Positions 40,646-52,043 of a stretch of DNA of 64,000 nt are shown in pieces (positions within the stretch are counted from its first letter, which is position 1; each line of letters begins with the position of its first letter). Under the pieces are notes generated by a model. The model worked only from the letters and a program-made list of their open reading frames with translations, did no database searches and was not told where the DNA came from. The DNA comes from Eledone cirrhosa (lineage: Eukaryota), in NCBI GenBank assembly GCA_964016885.1, contig OZ024740.1, positions 99,820,001 through 99,884,000 of the forward strand, written 5' to 3'. Position numbers and translations under genes: made by a program.

Positions 40646-42260
40646 GGAGGTTACTGATCTTATCGGCCTTTTCCTTCTTTTCTCCATCAAGGAAGAATCC
40701 CCAATGTGGGTGGTGGTTTGTACCGTGATGACGGTCTTTTGACCATGACAAAGTGTGGTCCACGCGCTTGCAACCGGTTCAGAAAAGAACTCCTAGCCTT
40801 CTTTAAAAGCTTCAACCTATCTATACAGGTTGAGGCACCTCTTGCACTGTGGAACAATTCTTTCGCGGTGATTGATTGGTTCAATGGCATATGCTACAAG
40901 GAACATTGCCGTTTTATCCAATTCGACATCGATAACTACTACTCCTCCATTACTTTACCACTTCTTCTTAGAGCTCTATCAATTTCGCTAAAACGCTCAC
41001 GGTGGTTAAGGATTTCGAAGTTGATATCATCCTCAATGCCCGTAAGTCTGTGATTAATTTCGACGACTCTATTTGGATTAAAAATCTAATAGTACCCCAT
41101 TCGACGTGAGTATGGGCACCACCGATTCGGCGGAGGTTACTGATCTTATCGGCATTTTCATTCTTTTCTCTATCAAGGAAGAATTCCCCAATGTGGGCGG
41201 TGGTTTGTACCCTGATGACGGTCTTTTGACCATGGCAAAGTGCGATCCACGCGCTTGCGACCGGTTCAGAAAAGAACTCAGTCTTCTTTAAAGGCTTCAC
41301 CCTCTCCATACAGGTTGAGGTCAACCTTTCGGTCGTTAATTACCTCGACGTTACCCTCAATTTGTCGAATGGCTTGCACTACCCGTATAGAAAGCCGAAT
41401 GATACCATCCTGCAAGCATAACCAACAACCTGGTTAGAAATGTTTCTTTGAGGCTTTCCCGTCTATCTAGAAACGAGCATATTTTCACCGACCATTCCAC
41501 ATATTACAATGAAGCTCTTGCTCGAAGTGGATTTGTCGATAAGGTAGCATATACTAAGTATGAGTAAAAACCAAGGAAAAATAGATCCCGATGAATTATA
41601 TGGTATAACACTCCATATAATATGGAGCTGGCCACACCATTAGCTAAGATCTTTTCTCCCTTATTAAGAAGCATTTCCCCTCAGCACATAAATATTATAA
41701 CAATTTTAATAGAAATGCCATTAAAATATCTTACTCTACGACTCCTAACCTTGCACCTAACATCACTGCTTCAAATTTAGCTAAATTACCTAGCCGTAGG
41801 AACACGTAGTTAGTAATAACTGTAATTGTAGGAATCGGGTTGAATGCCCTCTATCCAGGAAATGCCTCTCCAGTAACATTGTCTACAAATGTAAGGTCGA
41901 AACACCCACGTCCCGTAGGGCCTACATAGGGTTAGCTGCCAATAGATTCAAGCAGGGTCTTTACATGCACACCCATTCTTTTCTTAACCCTTTAAGAAGG
42001 AATATGACGTCACTTTCAGCTTATGTCTAGAGTCTAAAAGACAACCACCCCCAATATGGATTATACTGGGAGATCCTTGCTAGGGCTAGATCGTATAACG
42101 GAAATAAAAGACCATGCAATATTTTCGCCGCTGAAGCCCTGGTACTACTCTCAGCCAATGACCACATCTTAAACAAAAAATCTGAGGCAATTTCGGCATG
42201 TAAACATAAATTGCATAAAACTGTCATGTATGACAGCCCCACATTATACGCTAACGGATA
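40646..42260 (+). pseudogene. Disrupted PLE RT + GIY-YIG ORF
   Basis: Motifs as above with several frameshifts and stops. The RT catalytic segment is duplicated at the 5' junction. Confidence 0.85.
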
Positions 42261-42809
42261 GTACGAACAGTACGCGGATAATTTACGTCTTGACGTGGTA
42301 GCTAAGTATATTTTATGTTTATACCATTACTTATTTGTATAGGTAAGTATACCTTACCCGTATGTTTTGTGAAGGTACGTATATTTGGTTGTATTTGTTA
42401 TAAGTGTATATATTATATTATATATACTGGTACATGTGTATATGGTTATGTGTATATGTGTATTTTGTGTTTGTGAGTGTATACGTGGTTGCACGTATGT
42501 AAGGTGTGTATATGTGTACTTTGTGTTTTGGTTGACGTACGTTTAGTGAACATATGTGTATTTACCTGTAGGTATGTGTGTGCGTGCGTTATATACGTAT
42601 TTATGTGTGTATATTTATATACGTTTATATAATTATATGTATATACACAAACATATATCTTTTGTTATGTGTATTTGGCGTATACGTTCGTATGTGTGCG
42701 GGTACAGGTGTCACGCGGGTTTATGTGTACGTGCTTGTATATGCATACCATGGCGCGTGTTTTCGCGTATGCATGTGTATGTACGTTGGATACGTGTATG
42801 TATATATAT

Positions 42810-42906
42810 AATTGTTTCTACTTTAGGCACAAGGCCAGCAATTACTCAGTACATTACTGGTACTTTATTTTATCGATCCCTTAAGGATGAAAGGCAAAGT
42901 TAACCT
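42810..42906 (-). mobile_element. Family A SINE 3' half, nested in the PLE 3' region
   Basis: Matches 4121-4219. Confidence 0.8.
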
Positions 42907-43369
42907 GTATATATATAATGATTGTTGATTTCAAAACCTCTGTCTTTTACGTCTACTAATTTATTTACATTATTCTTAACTCTGAAGCCGAGAATCATTC
43001 GGTTTCCTAAATAGAATATTAGTCTACGACTTCATTTATACCATATACGTGTTTTTGTCTTTGCGTGTAATTGTCCTCCCCGTTCCACATAATGACGTAT
43101 TATCTTCGCATTTTTCCGTTCATTGCCAGGGAACGTCTTCACGAACCAAAGTATCGTCTTCCTGTTTTCCTTCGGTTGCAACGTTTTTCGAAACATGTAC
43201 TTCTGCTTTCACAGATACATTTTTTTTAGTTTCAGAAGATCCCGTTAAGGGTGAAAGCAGCAATTGTTTGCTTAAACTTTAATCTCTTATTTTAATAGAT
43301 ATATATATATATATATATATATTTGTGAAAAAGAACAAAGGAACAATTATGACATTACAACAAGTTTAT

Positions 43370-43416
43370 TGCCGACAGCCGTTTCGTCCGACCACATGGT
43401 GGGACTTTTCAAGGCA
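43370..43416 (-). ncRNA. Intact minimal type I hammerhead ribozyme (U3-A8 core)
   Basis: TGCC-TTGAAAA-GTCC c ACCA tg TGGT c GGAC-GAAA-CGGCTG-TC-GGCA; GUC cleavage triplet. Confidence 0.85.
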
Positions 43417-44392
43417 TACAACATGTGACTGTAAGATCATTATCTACATCAACGTATCACTCAAGGCTAGCAGTTTGAAATTGTGGTATACATCAGCAGT
43501 TCGGCTTCTATAGTTGGGGTCTATATTCTAAGGGGGCTCTTTTATATTAGTTGTCGGGGTCAGGGATTGAAGGTTAAAAATTAGATAATATATAATTTAC
43601 GCCTTAACAGTAAACTAAAAGACTTGAGGTCCCGTAGAAGCACCTTAAAAAATCCCTCAATAAGTGCATAAAGCTTACAGTCTCCAATAAACCTACTAAA
43701 CTGGAAGAAATTAAGAGGCTAATAAAAAAAAAAATAAAAAAAAAAATATAAAGTTTCCCTAAAAAAATATATAAAGTTTCCTATGAAAATTCCTTCGAGA
43801 GAAAAAAGTTTTTTTCCGAAAGAAAAAAACTTTCTTCCCCCGAGATCACGTTTAAAAATTTCAGAAAACTTACGACGTTTTGATATTCCCTACTAAGTTG
43901 AAAGAAACTAATCAATTAAAGGTTAATTCTAAGAGCCTTCTATAGTTCTCTCAGAAAAGGCCCCTTTAATATTTTTAATAGGAACCTCCTCCGAGAGACC
44001 CTTCGAAGAATTAAAATTTTAGAGAGCCTTTAAGGATATATATAAAAACGAATTGAGGAAAACTATACATTAAAAGTTAAAAATTACGGTATTTGGGATA
44101 TCCGAGGAATTTTCAAAGGGTTGCTTCAGCAGATACAACTTAGGCATAAAAGATACAATAATTTAAGTAATTTAAGTAATTTAATTAATTTAATTAGGGA
44201 GCAATTCAAAGAGTTTATCAAGTTGGGCAAGATTAAAGAGAGTGGTAAATAAGAAAATACATAAGCAAAAAGACAATAATTGTAAAATGTATTTTTAAGA
44301 AGGCATAAGCTAACTTCAGTAGTCTAACAATGTATTATCACAAAAAATTATTATAAAATTATTGATACAGGATTAACAAAGACATAATAATA

Positions 44393-44612
44393 TATATTCC
44401 TGCCTAATTAACAAGTAATCAAAACACTAATAACAGTCAGGCAAAATTAGCTCAGGGATATCCCGCGCTCGGATACTTTACACACATACAGCAACTCATA
44501 GGATAAGCACAGACACAATGGTATATTCCTGCCTAATTAACAGACAATCGATTAACAATTGATGGTCAAGAAAATGTACTCAGGGATATCCCGCGCACGG
44601 ATATTTACATAC
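44393..44612. repeat. Diverged tandem duplication of about 130 bp
   Basis: TATATTCCTGCCTAATTAACA..CTCAGGGATATCCCGCGC.CGGATA occurs twice. Confidence 0.8.
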
Positions 44613-44901
44613 ATACAAGAGGATGAACAGTACTGGTGACCGTGTGGGCGCGATATCAATTATGCGTATGCAGTCACCTGCATAGCTCCAGGCACAGCTG
44701 GTGTTGTTTAAAAGTTCATAGTTCACGGATCAACTGGGATTCACTATCAGCTGCGTGGACTCTCTGGGAGATGTACCTGTGGTTCCAATAGCTAGTGGTT
44801 GCTGGGTGTGGTATACGCATAGAGCTTAACTAGCTACCGTCACATATTTGGTAGGGCAGACGTGATCATCGCGATTCACATACGACCTACCATACATCTT
44901 A

Positions 44902-44964
<63 letters not shown>

Positions 44965-45144
44965 TAATAAAAATAATGAATAAAAACAAAGAAACAGTTC
45001 CTTATATTAAAAAAATTCATCATTTTACGATCGTTTCTAGGATATATATGTTTGTGGTGGTATGTATATCATATAGATCTATGTAAAATTTGTACAAACT
45101 ATCAGAGGGAATATACATACCTATACATATATATGCTGTCTTCA

Positions 45145-45259
<115 letters not shown>

Positions 45260-45363
45260 GAATGTATATATAGTGTATTTTGCAATAGACTGTATGCTTA
45301 ATTAAAAGCATTTCGAAGACCATACGCTATTGTTTAAGAGTAGTGACAGTCTCACGTATTTTA

Positions 45364-45458
45364 ATTTTCAGCAAACAGGGGAGATAAAGCTGACAGAACT
45401 CTGTTTCGCAATTGTTGGTGCTTATCAAGGCTAAGTACTCCGCCTGTTTGCTGAAAAT
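45364..45458 (-). ncRNA. Type I hammerhead ribozyme (U3-A8 core) with long extended stem I
   Basis: AGCC-TTGATAA-GCA ccaacaat TGC-GAAA-CAGA gt TCTG-TC-AGCT, enclosed by GGAG/CTCC and the 16-bp perfect stem ATTTTCAGCAAACAGG/CCTGTTTGCTGAAAAT. Confidence 0.82.
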
Positions 45459-45499
45459 CATGAATGTTTGATTCTTAGAGAATTCTAGTAGTAATCAGG

Positions 45500-45581
<82 letters not shown>

Positions 45582-45582
<1 letters not shown>

Positions 45583-46758
45583 TAGCAGTGTATCCTGGCG
45601 TTGCACGGGTAAGAACATTGGTAATAGCACCTCCAATGAGAAACGTTTATCTGTGAGTGCCTGTTAAAAACTCACGAAAATACACCGACAGGAAACTTGT
45701 TTTATTTGGAGAAAATTAAGAAGTTCAAAGTACAGTTTAGCTCTCTACGTGCATTGTTCATAGAAATAATGTTGAGCCCCTTCTTTTCATACTCCTCTGT
45801 TTTGGCCTATTAGAGTAAATGTGAAAGCGAAAGTCACAGGTTAAGTTGGCAGAAGGTTCCCGTGCAATAGCAGTAAGGCGTAGGCTACTTACCTCAAAAG
45901 TTCATTCGCACTCTTGTCACTAATTTACACTTTCTCTCTATCCGTCTCGGTGCAGCCCCTTGCGAATATCTCGCTTAGGCTTGGTGTAGATTTGCCCCCG
46001 ATCCATCTGCCCGATGCACATGTCCGCTTTATACGGCCTTTGGAGGAAGGAGTGACCAGCAGTACGTTGTTCGGTATTACTACGAAAAGGTGCAGCAGAG
46101 AATCCCACGTGAACTAACAGCTGGGGAGGAAACTGCTTACCTCGACGATTCATTCGCAATCGTTCTTGTCAACGCTCCGTTTAGTTGGTATATGTTGGTC
46201 TACAGTTAGATGAATGGCGCACAAAGGGTTAATGTTTATTGGCAAGAAGTGGCAATTGGGTTGGCTTGCCTCGCTTATATTATATATTAAAATAACAGAT
46301 TAAAGTTTAAGCAAAGAATCGCTGCTTTCACCCTTAACGGGATCTTCTGAAACTAAAAAAATTCAATCTGTGAACGCAGAAGTAAATATTTCGAAAAACG
46401 TTGCAACCGAAGGAAAGCAGTAAGACGATACTTTCGTTCGTGAAGACGTTCCCAGGCAATGAACGGAAAATATCGAACATAATACGTCATCAATGTTTGT
46501 CATAATGTCTTAATGGAGACAGCCAGATATATAGTCACATATTATAAGGGCGCGACGGAGATCGATAACCGGCGCCTAACACCCCTTTAACAACAGAAAA
46601 TTGAAAAATAAAAGCTGCAGTTAATAACTTTAGATCGCAAGGAATATTTAAATGCAAGTGTGAAGTCAATCGTAGTAGAAATATGGATTTGTATAGTCTT
46701 TGCAAAAATGAGGACACACACAAACACAGACAACTACAGTATTATATATATGTATAGA
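45582..46758 (-). mobile_element. Non-autonomous Helitron
   Basis: Minus strand begins TCTATACATATAT.. and ends CCCGTGCAACGCCAGG..CTAG, inserted between A and T. The two ends could belong to different copies. Confidence 0.6.
46285..46492 (-). mobile_element. Solo 3'-terminal fragment of the Naiad pLTR
   Basis: Direct match to 40397-40601. Confidence 0.88.
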
Positions 46759-47295
46759 TATATATATAAGAGAGAGAGAAAGAGGGGAGAGAGAGGGACA
46801 TTGCAAATTGTAAAATTGTAGGAACTATTTGCAAGAAGTTTGTTCTTGCTGAATAGTAATGAAACATGGGCATTAAAGGTGAAATATATATGCATTGGCT
46901 AAAGAGAAATGAGCTGGATATGTTTCATATGTTATGTTAACCTGTATGAAAGATGGAGCACAAGTCACAAGTGAAATGAGAAAGCAGTTGAGCATTAACA
47001 GCTTCAACTGATTTATGCAAGACAGATCTTTGCATTGAAATTGATATTGAAATGTGAATAGTGACGAGTTGCTAGTTAAAAAGTGCTGTATGCTTGCAGT
47101 AGGAGGATACTAAGGAAAATTATGGAAGGAAGTAGAGATTTCAGATCTCACCTCGCTGTAGTTCATGAAATGGAAGTGACAAAGAATTGTTATGAATGGC
47201 CATAGATATTGCATATTACACACTTACTGAATTCATTACACCATGAAAATACTAATAATAAGACGTGTCTTTACAATATGACCATTATTATTATT

Positions 47296-47487
47296 GGTGA
47301 ATTGGCAGTATCGGTAGAGGGTTGGACGCCTTGCTTTCTAGCATAGTTACGTTCCTTTACGGTCTGAGTTCAAATCCCGTCGAGGTTAACTTTGCCTTTC
47401 ATCCTTACGGGGATCTATAAAATAAAGTACCAGTAATGTACTGGATAATTGCTGGCCTTGTGCCAAAAAGCAGAAACAATTATTATT
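47296..47487 (+). mobile_element. Full-length family A SINE
   Basis: TGGCAGTATCGG A box, GAGTTCAAATCC B box, TTA tail; ATTATTA on both sides. Confidence 0.88.
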
Positions 47488-47669
47488 AAGTGCATTCATC
47501 TATTATAATAAAACACAAGAGTCACATGACGGCCACTTTGTTAGATTTGTTTGGGAGATGGCAATTTCATATAATTTCTCTACCCCTCTTTCTCACAAGA
47601 GTGTTGACAAAATGATCAGAATTCAAATGGGGAGCTGCCTATATCCACCTTCCATATATCTCTATATCT

Positions 47670-47855
<186 letters not shown>

Positions 47856-47864
47856 TCTATTTAT

Positions 47865-49785
47865 CTGAATCAGTCTAAAGCTTTCGATAGGGTTGACCAT
47901 CGTTACCTGCGGTGCTCGAGGCGACAGGCTTCGGACCTGTGTTCAGGGGTTGGATTGCTGCAATGCACAACAGCAACATCTGCTCAAGAGTCAAGGTGAA
48001 CGGTTACCCCTCGAAGCAGTTCCATATCACGCGATCCATTCGACAGGGATGCCCTCTCTCCTCCCTTCTGTACGTACTGGCTCTCGAACCACTACTGCGG
48101 AAGTTGGAGCTATTGCAGGGCATCACTCTGGAACCGGGACTGCGGAAAGCGGCGTCGACCTACGCCGACGACGTGGCAGTAATTGTATCGAGCGCCTCGC
48201 AAATCGAGGAAGTCGGCACCTTACTGAAGGAATACGAAAGTTTCACAGGAGCCAAGCTGAACCGGGACAAGTCCATCGGTTTGCAACTCGGATCGTGGAG
48301 AAGCAAACCGATGCCTTCCGATGGCGTCGTCGGACGCTGGACGGAAGGACCGGTAAAGCTGCTCGGGGTCTGGTTTCATCCGGACCTCCAGGTGGAGAAG
48401 AACTGGAACGAAGTGACGGCCAAGGTGTTTGCACTCATCCAGAAGTGGGCCGAGTGCAAACTATCCTTGAAAGGTCGAGCGGATGTGGCGAACACTTTTA
48501 GAGCGTCCGCCATCTACTCACGCTTGACCGTCGTGTCTTGTCCAGCCAAAACGCTCACCAAAATGGAGCGCGCGCTCTTCCAATTCCTTTGGAAGAGGCG
48601 GGCTCCTTTGGTGAGAAGATCCATCTGCTGCCAACACCCTTCTAACGGAGGGCTGGGGATGCCGTGACTGACGATGCGCAAACACTCGCTGAGGCTGCGG
48701 CATCTCTACGTATTCATCACCGGACAACCGGTGTGGGCCCCGTTCGTGAGGCGAGCCTTCCCACGACTCGTCTCGCTGACCGAGCTGCAGTCCTGGGTCA
48801 AGTAAAGACCGAGGAAAATGGGTGACTGGCACATCGAATGTGCTCCGTCGCTCACAGCCCTCTGGCAGGCGGACACGGCGATCAGTGAAGACTCCACTTC
48901 GTCATTCTATAGAGGGTTGATCCGCAGCAAGTGCGACGACGTGCTCGGTGAAACTCTAGGCGTAGAGGAAGATGAACTGGTCAGTATGTTCGGTAAGACC
49001 TTCCGCCCGGGACTGATGGACAATTTCCAAAAGTCTCTGGCCTGTCAGTGCTACCGAGGAGCTCTACCTGTTCGAGACAAGCTCTACAGACATGGGCGCC
49101 CGGGCAGGGACCCTGCAAAAAAGATCTGTGCGAATGTGCGTAGGAGACGAAGAAACCGTCCCGCACGCATTAAATACACTGCACGGGCGTCACCGACCTG
49201 TAGGGCTATGTAGAACGACTATTGTCGCGGGTGGGATCAATCCGTTTGACCACCGAATCCATTGTCATGATCAAACCACCACCCTCCTTCAAAAACGAAG
49301 GAGAGGCGGTTTTCCTTTGTGTGATAGCTATGGCGAAAGAGGTTGTATGGTCGACAAGGTTGAAAGGGCTGAGGTCAGACACCTTTCTCTCCGGCCAACA
49401 ACTGATTCTTTTTTTCAAATACCACTTTGGAAGAAGAATCAGGATGGAGAGAGAGAGGTGCTGTACCCCAGCAAGTTTTATGAAAGGTGGGTGAAAGTGG
49501 CGAGAATGGTCCGAGGGAATGGGCCTTCTCTCTATATCAGCCTGTAGGTTGAGGAAAAGGAGGAGGAAAGGAAGGGAGTACAAACTCTTCGTACTCCTCG
49601 AGATGAGGGTTGCACATTATTTCGGGGGAATGTGTTACACATATGAAATGTCTCCCCCTATTGGGGAAAATCGACTAATCTATAAATTGCATTTGTGATA
49701 ATATTTTACACGTTTTTAATGTATGTAAACCTCCCCCTTTGTATTTGTTCCCTTCTTTTGTGCCCATGTGGATAATAAAGAAACA

Positions 49786-49787
<2 letters not shown>
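47865..49787 (+). mobile_element. Tx1-clade LINE copy A, 5'-truncated
   Basis: Starts at LNQSKAFDRVD; IRQGCPLS, YADDV, GGLGMP, decayed C-terminal knuckle; AATAAA then (TCTA)n at 49788-49869. Confidence 0.92.
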
Positions 49788-49869
<82 letters not shown>

Positions 49870-50312
49870 AATCTAGCTGTCGTCTGTTCTACAGTGTAGA
49901 TGTAATTCACTTCACGCAGAAGTTTTGTTCAAATTTATTGCGGCAATTTTGTAAGTTCAATTTTAATTTTGATACTATTGTGTAGCTTGACCCCCCGTCT
50001 GAACTGTCAGGCGGTGGGTCAGCTCATCTTTGCCCCTCCCAGGGGTGAAAAACCTGTTTTTAAAAATGTTGTGGCATAAAAAATTTCAATCGTCTGACAG
50101 AAATGTTAAACGAAGCTAACGAAAATAGTGGTGGGGGGACAGCGGTAAGAGTTGTAATCTCGCACACTTTAGTCCCCCCCCCCCTCCTTCCCAACTAACG
50201 TCATAGAGAAATAAATAAAAAATAAAATAAAAACAGACGAATCTGCGGAGAAAAATGACGGAAACACAAACCTGGACATTGATTCCAACAACGAAAAAAA
50301 AAATTTGAAAAA

Positions 50313-52010
50313 TTGCATGACAATATTAATACCACAAACAAAGACACGACAAACACAAAAATAACATTTGAAAACAACATCATAACAGAAAGCAAAGCAG
50401 ACGACAAAGTCAACACCAATAATATTTCATTTGCACAAACAACAAAGAAATCTTTGAGATATATACCTGAAAATATTTCAGATGTGGCACAAAGAATTAC
50501 AGACGCCAAACAATACATAACTGAAGGAGAAAATGGTATTTTATCGGTAAAAATGCCTCAAGAACTCACCAAAGACATTGAAAGTCGGACGGTCGTCTTC
50601 CGCACCATCAACAACATTTCTAAAAAACCTCAACAGCCAACACAAACATAAAGCAGTACTTGCAGAAGTACTTAATGAAACCACTTTCATAAGAAGAGAC
50701 TGACTGTATGGAAGCCTAGCGATTATTATGAAGAAAGAATCGGCGGCAAAAAATTGTGCTTTGTCACCGATTCGTTCGACAAATTTTTCCTTTTATCCAT
50801 CTTATATGGGTAAAAGAACTCAGCGCATATGGCTGGATGCAATGATGCCAGATGTGGACTACTGCTGGCTCATAGCTGGCTTCATCGACCCAGCGAATGA
50901 CAACGTGATTTCCATTGGGAAAACCACAGGCAATGCGTTCAGTGGAACAGGTATAGAACTTGTAGTGCAAATGAAGCCTGAACGCATCGCCCAAATACCC
51001 GACAGAATCCTATTAGAGGGCCACGGGTATATAAACATTAGCGTGGAGGGGAGAAGGCCGTCCTGTCATATCTGTGCAGGCAGAGGGCACTTGAAGGCGG
51101 CTTGTCCCCAACTCAACAAAAAGAAAACTCTGCTACCAACACCAGCTCCACCACCACCACAACAGATAAACAAACAACAAAACTCAGTCCCACCCAACCC
51201 GTCCCTCAGTAAACTACACCACCACCACCACAACACAAACAGTCACAACACATTACCCAAATACAAAATACAGTCCCACCCAACCCCTCACTCAATAAAA
51301 CAACACAACCACCGCAGCCACAACACACAACACAGTCTAACATAGTGACATCCATCTCCCCCACAATGAAAACCAACACGGAAACATTACCAGCAAACAT
51401 ACCACTTCCCTCCAACACTGAAGATAACCCAACTAATTCAGAGGAAGAAACGGAGTCCTTCAGACAGATTAAAAGGAAAAAAAGAAAACATGTGCAAAAC
51501 ACACAAGGCTAAACAACCCCTACCCAAATGTCAACACAATCCAACAAAACACAAAACACCCCTCCAGCAACAAACAAAACCAAACCTGCCCCTCCCCTCT
51601 TCGAAACACTCACACCATCCGAAAAAAAGACATTACACTATACTTACATCAACAGAAACAATAATAAATTAAATGAACTCATAAACAATAATCCTTCGGT
51701 ACAAACCGAAGGTGTAAACTTTGTTTCTTCAGAAAACTACCCACATTTTAAATTAATAAAGATCCCAATGAACCTCTACCAAAAACTAAAAAAGGATTTT
51801 AAGGAGGACGTAGGACCACCCTCTGTCAAACCCATAAACCGCCTCCTACTAAAAAGCTTTCCCCCTCCCCTTCCCCTCCCCAACACAACTCCAAACACCC
51901 CAACCCCACCACACACTGATGACCCCACACCACCACAGGACACCCCTTCACCCAACAACCCCGACCCCATGGAAGTCGTGCGACCCGAACCCCAGGAAGC
52001 AGAAAGGTAG
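50313..52010 (+). pseudogene. Tx1 ORF1 (gag-like, CCHC knuckle, Pro/Thr/Asn-rich tail), frameshifted
   Basis: CHICAGRGHLKAAC. The segments FYPSYMGKRT and ELVVQMKPERI..IP are shared with ORF1 of copy C. The true start is uncertain. Confidence 0.8.
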
Positions 52011-52043
52011 GTCTCTACACTCTCCTTTGGCTTTGCCGCCCAC

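Larger units (their letters stand above)
40390..43310 (+). mobile_element. 5'-truncated Naiad-type Penelope-like element with about 255-bp inverted termini
   Basis: RT motifs FIQFDIDNYYSSI, MGTTDSAEVTDLIG, GLYRDDGL, NYLDVTL; linker CNCRNRVECPL (CxCx5C); GIY-YIG IVYKC..AYIGL. 40390-40642 is inverted relative to 43050-43300. (TA)n flanks. Confidence 0.88.

Noticed and set aside
41821-42230. Selenocysteine-recoding Naiad (UGA at conserved Cys)
   Set aside because: The conserved Cys codons I could read here and at 24121-24449 are TGT/TGC. No in-frame TGA was seen at those sites.
43226-43275. Hammerhead in the Naiad terminus (CAGAAGA-TCCC..GGGT-GAAA)
   Set aside because: U4 is A in all three copies, and I found no convincing cleavage triplet or stem I. 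At best it is a non-canonical relic.
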